This document shows, in pieces, positions 8,813 to 16,160 of a stretch of DNA of 64,000 nt. The notes beneath the pieces were generated by a model. The model saw only the letters and a list, made by a program, of their open reading frames with translations, was not told the DNA's origin and did no database searches. The stretch lies in contig JANMDX010000328.1 of the NCBI GenBank assembly GCA_031376505.1, positions 1,044 to 65,043 of the forward strand, in the 5' to 3' direction. Within the stretch, counting starts at the first letter, position 1. Every line of letters begins with the position of its first letter. The position numbers and the translations under genes were made by a program. Origin of the DNA: Acidobacteriota bacterium. GTDB lineage: Bacteria > Acidobacteriota > Vicinamibacteria > Vicinamibacterales > UBA2999.

Positions 8813-9855
8813 GTCGACGCTCCCGCCGCTGCGAGGTCGAGCGCGTAGCGCGCGACGGCCGACGCCACCTGATCGTCCGAGTCGCGCAGCCGGCGCAGGT
8901 AGATCAGGCCCGGCGCGCCAAAGGCACGCAGGCAGAGTGCGGCCTGCCGTCGGACATCCCAGGCCGGATCGTGCAGCAACGCGGCCACCCGCGCCGCGGC
9001 GGGCCAGTGGCCGAGGCTCGCGAGCGCTCGCAGCGCCGCCTGCCGCACGGCGGGTTCGGCGTCGCCGAGCGCGCGCGCCACGAGGGCCACGCCATCAGCG
9101 CTGCCGAGCGCGCCGAGCAGGAGCACAGCGCGCGAGCGCACGTCGGCATGGGGCGAGGCCGCGAGGGTGCGGGCCGGCACGAGCAGGCGGGCATCGGCCA
9201 TCGTGAGCGCGACCTCGAGGGCGCCAAGCAAGCCCGCGTGGTCGGTGGTCGCGATGAAGGCGATGAGCGGCACGATGGCGTCGTGACCGAGGCGGACGAG
9301 CGTGTCTTGCGCGGCAAAGCGGCACCGGCCGTCGCGGTCGCCCAGCATCTGCATCAGCAGCTCGACGACGGCGGGCTCAGGCCGGTGGATGGCCCACTCC
9401 ACGGCCTGCGCGCGCACGCTGGCGTTGCGGTCGGCCAGGAGCGGAAGGACGACCGAGGCCGGGTGGCCGACCAGCGCGCACAGTTTGGCGCCGAACAGGC
9501 GGCGCGACCAGAACCAGCTGCGACACAGCTGCTCGGCCTTGCGGAGCAGGCCGGCCTGCTCCGCAAGCTGGCGCAGGGCCTGGCGCTCCGCGCCGGTCAA
9601 ATGCGGTGCCAGCTCGCCGAGCAGGTAGATCTGCAGGCGCATCGGCAACCGGACGAAGTCTCGAGTGAATCGGAGATGTCGCTCGCCTTCGGCCAACGCC
9701 TCGCGAAGGGCCGTGCGCACGGCGTCGAGCCGGCCCGCGCTCCACCGCTCGTACCACCACCACCACCAGGCATGCGCCACGAGCAACCCCACGCAGGTGG
9801 CCAGTGCCATGAACTCGGCGAAGAGCACCATCCGGACGAGCGCGTCAGGAGACAC
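8809..9855 (-). CDS. membrane-anchored HEAT-repeat protein
   Basis: N-terminal TM helix ending in AHAWWWWWYERW, followed by repeated D....VR..A...L HEAT/PBS-lyase-type units (ADRNASVRAQAV, DADVRSRAVLLLG, DAEPAVRQAALRAL, DPAWDVRRQAAL). GTG start at 9855 overlaps the upstream gene by 11 nt. Confidence 0.8.
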   Translation of the reverse strand: MSPDALVRMVLFAEFMALATCVGLLVAHAWWWWWYERWSAGRLDAVRTALREALAEGERHLRFTRDFVRLPMRLQIYLLGELAPHLTGAERQALRQLAEQAGLLRKAEQLCRSWFWSRRLFGAKLCALVGHPASVVLPLLADRNASVRAQAVEWAIHRPEPAVVELLMQMLGDRDGRCRFAAQDTLVRLGHDAIVPLIAFIATTDHAGLLGALEVALTMADARLLVPARTLAASPHADVRSRAVLLLGALGSADGVALVARALGDAEPAVRQAALRALASLGHWPAAARVAALLHDPAWDVRRQAALCLRAFGAPGLIYLRRLRDSDDQVASAVARYALDLAAAGAST

Positions 9856-12103
9856 TGGGCGACCCCGCCAGCGCGGAGCGCAGCCGGCGCATCAGCACGG
9901 GCAGGCTGACGGGCTTGGTGATGTAGTCGACGGCGCCGAGCTCCATTGCCTTGATCATCTCGGCTTCGACCGAGCGCGTCGTCACGACGACCGCCTTGGT
10001 GGTCCTAAGGACGCCAGCGACGGCGAGCTGACCGAGGAGCGAAAGGCCATCGAGGCCGGGCAGCCCCAGTTCCAGCACGATCAGCCGGGCGCGAATCGGC
10101 GTGTCCGGGTGGGTGAGCAGATCGAGGGCTTCGCGGCCGTCGCCGATCGTGCGCACGCGGTGGCCACGCGTCTCGAGGGCGTGTTCGACCAGTGCCGCAA
10201 ACGGCGCGTCGGCGTCGATCACGATGGCGTCGGCCGTCCAGTCGATGCGCGAGGTTTCGCCGCGCGTGACCGCCTCCACGCGATTGCCGCCGTGAACCTG
10301 TGCGGTCGAGAGCGCGCCTTCGGCGGCTCTGATGAGCGCATTCGCATCGGCGCCGTCCACGCGGATCTGCGCGATCCCTGCGCTGAACGACGCGGCGACC
10401 GTGGACTTGTCGGCCGCCTCGACGGACTGGTCGCGGAAGCCCTCGAGTAGTTCGGCCATTCGTTGCACGCCGTCGTCGGCCTTCATCCCGAAGGCGGCGA
10501 CCACGAATCGTCCAGGGGCGCCGTGCGTCACCAGGTCTTCGGAGCGAAAGGCCCGGCCCAGCCGGCGTCCGAGCAAGGCCGACAGACGCGCGGCCGATTC
10601 TCCGTCGCCCGCCGCGTGCAGCGCGGCGAGTCCATCCACTTCGGTGACCACGATTGAGAGCGCATGGTTGTAGCGGCGGGCGATGCTGACCATGCGTTCC
10701 ACCATCGACATGGCAGACCGCAGATAGGGTAGGCGCGTGGAGGGGTCGAGGTCGGCCGCGAGCCGCTGCGTGCGCCCGCGATCGAGGCGGTTGCGCACGA
10801 CCGCTGACAGCGAGCCACTCACGGCGGCGATCGGCACGCAGTCGTCTACTCCCGCGTCAGCGGCCCGCGCTGCGGTTGCAGCGTCGGCGTTCGCTGTGAG
10901 CAGCACGACGCTCATGGGCGCGACATCCCAGTCACGGCGCATTGCGCGCGGCACGTGCAGGGCGCTGCCGCCCGCCAGGGCTTCGTCGAGCACGCACAAC
11001 TCCGGGCGCGACTGCGTCGCCGCGTTCCAGACGCTTTCGGTGCTGTCGTGGACCTCGACGAACGCGCCCGCGCCGGCCAGCACGTCCAGCGTCGTCGCGC
11101 GGAGTGCCGCGTCAGCAATGCCCACCAGGATCACGGGCGCCGAGGCCTGTTGCCGGCGCAGCATGTCGATGGCCTCGTCGACGAGCGCCGCCGGCGCGAT
11201 CGGCTTGCAGAGTGTGCGCGTGGCCCGGATGGCGTGTGCTCCGGAGCGCTCCAGCACCGAGGGTCCTGAGGCAAGCGTGGCGACCGGCGCGTTCGGATGC
11301 GCGGCCAGCAGGCGGTTGCGGGCGACCGCGTCGGTCTCACCGACCAGGTCATGGCCGAGGACGATGACCGACGCGGGCTCGCCGAGGGGCTCATGGAGAT
11401 GGCGCAGCACCTTGGCGCGCCACCCCCGCACGGCCGCCTCAATGGGCAGTTCGCGCGCGAGCGTGTCGTCGTCATCGACGACGATTAGGAGCGGCGCGGC
11501 GGAACGGCCCGCAGGTGACAGCGCTTCGGGCGGCGGCAACGATCGCAGGGCGTGGTGCAGGCTCTCGACGATCTGTGAGAGGCGAAGCGCGTTGGCCGTG
11601 CCAAGCAGCGTTCCAGCGTCGAGCAGGCCCGCGGCTTCCCAGGCCTGGCGGGCCGCGTCGCGGGCTTCCACGAGCCAGAGCGACGTGGCCAGTTTGTAGG
11701 TGTCGCGAGCGGCCCGTCGACGGGGCGCGGCGTCGAGCCGGCCTTCGAGTGCCGCGAAGGCCGCGTCTTCGAGCGTCGCGGCACGGGCGGCGAGCGACGA
11801 AGTATAGGCGAGCCACACCAGCGTGGCCGACGCGTCGGCGGTCTCGGCCGAGGATGCTGGCACGGCGCGTGCGACGTCTGCGGCCGGGGCGCTGACGGTG
11901 GCCGGCGGGCCGGCTTCAGGTGACGTCGCGGGCCGGGGTTCAAGGCGGGCGGTCTGGACGACGGCATCGGAGCGCACCAGCACGTCGATGTCATCTCCCG
12001 ATTGTGGGGTGGCCACCGGCGTCGCCACTGACGTGCGTCCACCGGCGAAGCCAAGACGAAACGGCAGCCGAAGCGTCACGAGTGGCCGATCACCCAGTCC
12101 CAT
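9845..12103 (-). CDS. multi-domain signalling protein: helical N-terminal region, two degenerate receiver-like domains, a degenerate GGDEF domain and a C-terminal receiver
   Basis: Receiver-like segments at about aa 204-316 (LLIVVDDDD...LCKPI) and aa 322-440 (CVLDEAL...VVLLTAN). GGDEF fold at about aa 452-612, with RSED-LVTHG-APGRF where RxxD-x5-GGDEF is expected. Receiver at aa 626-742 (IVIDADAP...IVLELGLPGLDG...VVVTT...ITKP). N-terminal start not verified. Confidence 0.8.
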   Translation of the reverse strand: MGLGDRPLVTLRLPFRLGFAGGRTSVATPVATPQSGDDIDVLVRSDAVVQTARLEPRPATSPEAGPPATVSAPAADVARAVPASSAETADASATLVWLAYTSSLAARAATLEDAAFAALEGRLDAAPRRRAARDTYKLATSLWLVEARDAARQAWEAAGLLDAGTLLGTANALRLSQIVESLHHALRSLPPPEALSPAGRSAAPLLIVVDDDDTLARELPIEAAVRGWRAKVLRHLHEPLGEPASVIVLGHDLVGETDAVARNRLLAAHPNAPVATLASGPSVLERSGAHAIRATRTLCKPIAPAALVDEAIDMLRRQQASAPVILVGIADAALRATTLDVLAGAGAFVEVHDSTESVWNAATQSRPELCVLDEALAGGSALHVPRAMRRDWDVAPMSVVLLTANADAATAARAADAGVDDCVPIAAVSGSLSAVVRNRLDRGRTQRLAADLDPSTRLPYLRSAMSMVERMVSIARRYNHALSIVVTEVDGLAALHAAGDGESAARLSALLGRRLGRAFRSEDLVTHGAPGRFVVAAFGMKADDGVQRMAELLEGFRDQSVEAADKSTVAASFSAGIAQIRVDGADANALIRAAEGALSTAQVHGGNRVEAVTRGETSRIDWTADAIVIDADAPFAALVEHALETRGHRVRTIGDGREALDLLTHPDTPIRARLIVLELGLPGLDGLSLLGQLAVAGVLRTTKAVVVTTRSVEAEMIKAMELGAVDYITKPVSLPVLMRRLRSALAGSPSVS

Positions 12104-12305
12104 CCCCTCATGTTTCGGCTCCGGGCTGCACTTGAGCTAGGGGCAACGGCTCCTTAGACGGCCCCGCTGCGCGGGATTTTCGGCACGGCTGTACTGGCCC
12201 GGCGCAAGTTGCCTGCAGAAACGTCCATCGAACTTCGCAGGAGCGCTGGCGAGCACTGTCGCAGCGGCCCCGGCCGGGCGATAATGAGAAGCCAGAGGGG
12301 CGCAT

Positions 12306-13649
12306 ATGTACCTGACACCACGGACTAGCGCTCTCATTGTGGGTGTTTCGGCTGGGTGGCTGTTGGCAAGCGGCGTGTACACAGGCCAAGCGCCGCCGCC
12401 GGCGTCGCTGCCCCCCCAGCAGATGCCGCTGCTGCAAGGCGGCGATCTTCGCTACCTGGGGCAGTTTACGCTTCCGAACAAGGACGGTGACGGCACGCTG
12501 CTGACCTGGGGCGGCACGGCGCTGAGCATGGGTGCCGATGGCGTGTCGTTGTATTTCGGTTGCCTCTACGGTACGAGGGTCGCGCGCGTCAGCATTCCGA
12601 GCGTGGGCGGAGTCGGTACGGTGCTCGAGCCGTGCCGGGGGGTCCCGAACCTGAATGCCATCAACCCCAACGATCCCAACGCCAAGCTGCTTGGCGGCGT
12701 GCTGGCGTGGAACGGCCGCCTGATTCTGTCGGGGTTTGCGTACTACGACGGTGGCGGCACGGCGACGACCAGTCACTTCGTGGGCGCGGCGATTGCCACG
12801 GCGTCAGGGCCCTACAAGGTGGGCACCGAGCAGCCGGGGTTGGTGGCGGGCTACATGGGCGTCGTTCCGACCGAGTGGCGCACGCTGCTTGGAGGGCCGG
12901 CGCTGACGGGCCAGTGCTGCATTGCGATCATCTCGCGGTCGAGCTACGGGCCTTCGGTGAGCGTGTTCGACCCGGCAGACATCGGTACTCGATCGCCCGT
13001 GCCAGCCACGATGCTGGTGGGCTATCCCGAGGCGCATCAGACGGTTGGCACGTATGAAGGTCCGGGGCCGCTCTACAACGGCTCGACGAAGATGGGCGGC
13101 GTCGCGTTTCCGGCGGGCACACGGTCCGTGCTGTTTGTGGGCCGCCAGGGCGGCGCGTTCTGCTACGGCGAGGGCACGTCGACGCCTTCGCTCCACGGCA
13201 AGCCCGTGCCCGATACCGATGGCGCGGTGGCCTATTGCTACGATGAGACCAACAGTGACAAGGGAGGACACGGGTTCCCGTATCGGCATCAGGTGTGGGC
13301 ATATGACGCCGTCGACCTGCTGGCGGTACGGCAGAAGAAGAAGTCGCCCTGGGACGTGCGTCCGTACACGACCTGGACGCTCACCGAGATGAGCGGAGGC
13401 GTCGGCACGGCATCGATGCGCGGCGCCGCCTACGACCCGCAGACGCGCCGGTGGTACATGACCCAGGAGACCGAAGGCGGTAGCCCGACGGTGCACGTTT
13501 ACGAGGTGCGTGTCGGCGCGTCTTTGTCCGGCCCGCCGGGGAACGCGCTCCTCGCATTCGGCGGCGTCCTTTCTGCAATCCCGGGCGGGAACACGAAGGT
13601 GGCCGTTGCACAGCTGCCGGTCATTCCTGAAGGGGCGAGGGAACGATGA
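12306..13649 (+). CDS. secreted or anchored protein of unknown function, paralogue A
   Basis: Hydrophobic N-terminus (ALIVGVSAGWLLASGVY). Collinear with the first ~390 aa of the next gene. AGAGGGG lies 6 nt before the ATG. The stop overlaps the next start (ATGA at 13646-13649). Confidence 0.8.
   Translation: MYLTPRTSALIVGVSAGWLLASGVYTGQAPPPASLPPQQMPLLQGGDLRYLGQFTLPNKDGDGTLLTWGGTALSMGADGVSLYFGCLYGTRVARVSIPSVGGVGTVLEPCRGVPNLNAINPNDPNAKLLGGVLAWNGRLILSGFAYYDGGGTATTSHFVGAAIATASGPYKVGTEQPGLVAGYMGVVPTEWRTLLGGPALTGQCCIAIISRSSYGPSVSVFDPADIGTRSPVPATMLVGYPEAHQTVGTYEGPGPLYNGSTKMGGVAFPAGTRSVLFVGRQGGAFCYGEGTSTPSLHGKPVPDTDGAVAYCYDETNSDKGGHGFPYRHQVWAYDAVDLLAVRQKKKSPWDVRPYTTWTLTEMSGGVGTASMRGAAYDPQTRRWYMTQETEGGSPTVHVYEVRVGASLSGPPGNALLAFGGVLSAIPGGNTKVAVAQLPVIPEGARER
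12624..13169 (+). repeat. near-identical 546-nt tract, copy 1 (inside paralogue A)
   Basis: Matches 13913..14458 at a constant offset of 1289 nt, with only scattered substitutions visible by eye. The flanking parts of the two genes are much more diverged. Confidence 0.9.
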
Positions 13650-16030
13650 CGCGGATCGCAGTCCTGGCGGTGCTGTGTCTGTCCGCATCGACCGTCGCAG
13701 CGCAGACGACGCTGCCTAGGGTCCAGCCGGGCAATCTGCAGTACCAGGGGCAGTTCACGCTGCCGAACGACGACGGCAACGGCACACTCCTGACCTACGG
13801 CGGCACCGCACTCAGCATGGGCGCAGACGGCACGTCGCTGTACTACGGCTGCGTCTATGGCGCCGCCGTGGTGCGGGTGCGGATTCCCGCCATCGGCGAT
13901 GTCGCTACCCAACTCGAGCCGTGCCGGGGCGTCCCGAACCTGAATGCCATCAACCCGAACGATCCCAACGCCAAGCTGCTTGGCGGCGTGCTGGCGTGGA
14001 ACGGCCGCCTGATTCTGTCGGGGTTTGCGTACTACGACGGCGGCGGCACGGCGACGACCAGTCACTTCGCGGGTGCCGCGATTGCCACGGCATCCGGCCC
14101 CTACAAGGTGGGCACCGAACAGCCGGGGCTGGTGGCGGGCTACATGGGCGTCGTTCCGACCGAGTGGCGCACGCTGCTTGGAGGCCCGGCGCTGACGGGC
14201 CAGTGCTGCATTGCGATCATCTCGCGGTCGAGCTACGGGCCTTCGGTAAGCGTGTTCGACCCGGCAGACATCGGTACTCGATCGCCCGTGCCAGCCACGA
14301 TGCTGGTGGGCCATCCCGAGGCGCATCAGACGATTGGCACGTATGAAGGTCCGGGGCCGCTCTACAACGGCTCGACGAAGATGGGCGGCGTGGCGTTTCC
14401 GGCGGGCACACGGTCCGTGCTGTTTGTGGGCCGCCAGGGCGGCGCGTTCTGCTACGGCGCCGGCACGTCCGATCCGTCGCTGCATCGGAAGCCGAATCCG
14501 GCCGGTGACGTCTGGTGCTACGACCCGACCAACAGCGACAAGGGCGGGCATGGGTACCCGTATCGGCATCAGGTGTGGGCGTATGACGCCGTCGACCTGC
14601 TGGCGGTGAAGCAGGGCGCCCAGCAGCCGTGGGACGTGCGTCCGTATGCGACGTGGACCCTGACCGACATGGACAACGCGGGCAGCGCCACGATTCGCGG
14701 CGCCACCTACGACCCGGCGACGCGGCGGCTCTATGTCACCGCCGACACGGCAGGCGCGACGCCCACCGTGCACGTCTACGAGATCACCAACGCCGTACTG
14801 CCCGACCCCGCGCCGGCGGTTGAGATCTGCGGTGACGGTATCGACAACGACGGCGATGGCCTCATTGACGAGGACTGCGCGCCGAGCCAGTCAGGCCAGC
14901 CGTCTTGGGGAGGGCGGCGGCTGCTCGCGGCCAGCGGCGTGACGAAGGCGACCGTGGCGGCCTGTGGCGACGACGTGCATGTGGCACACGGCAATTCCGC
15001 TCTCTACTACCGACGCTCATCGTCCAGTGGCGACGCCTGGACCGATTGGCAGTTGCTCGGGGATGGCGCCATTCTGTCTGGCCATGCCCTCGCATGCGAC
15101 GGCTCCGCGGTGGTGTTGACGGCACACCGAGGACTCCGTGAGGTTCGTGACTGGCAGGGCACGCGTCAGGTGGGCGACCTCTGGGCCTGGGTCAGCGACG
15201 ACGCCGGCAGCGCGTGGCGCGCGCCCTTCAGGTTATCGACCAGCGCCTCGGCCGGCCAGAGCGCGACGGCGATTGAGGGCGACCGGGTGGCGGTGGCTTG
15301 GATGGAACTGCGCGGCCAGTCGCCCGGAGCGTGGGATCTGCATTACCGCGAGTCGTTTGATCGCGGGCGCACGTGGACTGCCGATGGTCCCCTCGTCGTC
15401 GGCGACACCGCGGCGGGCGCGGCGTGGCCCAGCGTGGGAATTGGGGGCGGAATTGCCTATCTGGCCTGGATCGATGCACGCGTCGGCAACGGGTCCTGCT
15501 CGGACGGGACGAGTATCGACGGTGCCTGTGCCAGCATCTTGGCGCGACGGCTCGCTGGCGGCGCCTGGTCATCGGACGTTCGGCTAGGCGGCGCCACCCC
15601 CGGCGCGGGCGCGCCCGCGGTCGTCGCGACCGCAGCCTCGAGCGAGGTTGTGTATCCACTGAACGGCGACCGAGGTCCAGGCATCGTCGTCACGCAGTCT
15701 ACAGATCAGGGAGTCACGTGGATAGGGCTTCGCGGGCTCGACGTGCGAGAGCCTGGCGCCGCAGCTGCCACGGCGGCCGTCGCGCCGTCTGTGCTCGCGA
15801 TTGGATGGCAGGCAGCGCGTGCCGGACGGAGCCAGACGGTCCTGCGGGTTTCGGTCGATGGCGGGGCCGGTTGGGGCGTCGAGGAGTTGCCATTTCCAGA
15901 AGCGACGTCGGCGCCACACATCACGGCAGCCAGGCGCTACCTGCACGTGGTGGCGACCGGACTCGACGGCACACTGCTCTACGCACGCCGATCAGCCGGG
16001 GCTGGGGACTCAGGACCAGAGAAAAGGTAA
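13646..16030 (+). CDS. secreted protein, paralogue B, with a C-terminal BNR/Asp-box (sialidase-like propeller) region
   Basis: Signal peptide MTRIAVLAVLCLSASTVAAQ. The N-terminal ~390 aa are paralogous to 12306..13649. Contains CGDGIDNDGDGLIDEDC and Asp-boxes SDDAGSAW, SFDRGRTW, STDQGVTW, SVDGGAGW. Confidence 0.85.
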   Translation: MTRIAVLAVLCLSASTVAAQTTLPRVQPGNLQYQGQFTLPNDDGNGTLLTYGGTALSMGADGTSLYYGCVYGAAVVRVRIPAIGDVATQLEPCRGVPNLNAINPNDPNAKLLGGVLAWNGRLILSGFAYYDGGGTATTSHFAGAAIATASGPYKVGTEQPGLVAGYMGVVPTEWRTLLGGPALTGQCCIAIISRSSYGPSVSVFDPADIGTRSPVPATMLVGHPEAHQTIGTYEGPGPLYNGSTKMGGVAFPAGTRSVLFVGRQGGAFCYGAGTSDPSLHRKPNPAGDVWCYDPTNSDKGGHGYPYRHQVWAYDAVDLLAVKQGAQQPWDVRPYATWTLTDMDNAGSATIRGATYDPATRRLYVTADTAGATPTVHVYEITNAVLPDPAPAVEICGDGIDNDGDGLIDEDCAPSQSGQPSWGGRRLLAASGVTKATVAACGDDVHVAHGNSALYYRRSSSSGDAWTDWQLLGDGAILSGHALACDGSAVVLTAHRGLREVRDWQGTRQVGDLWAWVSDDAGSAWRAPFRLSTSASAGQSATAIEGDRVAVAWMELRGQSPGAWDLHYRESFDRGRTWTADGPLVVGDTAAGAAWPSVGIGGGIAYLAWIDARVGNGSCSDGTSIDGACASILARRLAGGAWSSDVRLGGATPGAGAPAVVATAASSEVVYPLNGDRGPGIVVTQSTDQGVTWIGLRGLDVREPGAAAATAAVAPSVLAIGWQAARAGRSQTVLRVSVDGGAGWGVEELPFPEATSAPHITAARRYLHVVATGLDGTLLYARRSAGAGDSGPEKR
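13913..14458 (+). repeat. near-identical 546-nt tract, copy 2 (inside paralogue B)
   Basis: Direct repeat of 12624..13169, in frame in both genes (LEPCRGVPNLNAINPNDPNAKLLGG...GRQGGAFCYG). Confidence 0.9.
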
Positions 16031-16118
16031 TGGTGCCGGCGGAGGGAATCGAACCCACACGCCCTTTGGGGACACGGGATTTTGAGTCCCGCGCGTCTGC
16101 CAGTTCCGCCACGCCGGC
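16031..16118 (-). tRNA. tRNA-Leu (anticodon CAA), CCA encoded
   Basis: Reverse complement GCCGGCG-TG-GCGGAACTGGCAGACGC-GCGGGA-CTCAAAA-TCCCG-long variable arm-GTGGGTTCGATTCCCTC-CGCCGGC-A-CCA. It has a 7-bp acceptor stem, anticodon loop CT-CAA-AA, a class II variable arm and a TTCGATT T-loop, with one U-U mismatch in the T stem. Confidence 0.9.
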
Positions 16119-16160
16119 ACGTGGAACCGGTAGTGTACTACGAGGGCGCTTCCGCCCCCA

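Noticed and set aside
12624-14458. The 546-nt direct repeats considered as an insertion sequence or MITE.
   Set aside because: Both copies are in frame inside paralogous CDSs and encode the same protein core. There are no terminal inverted repeats or transposase.
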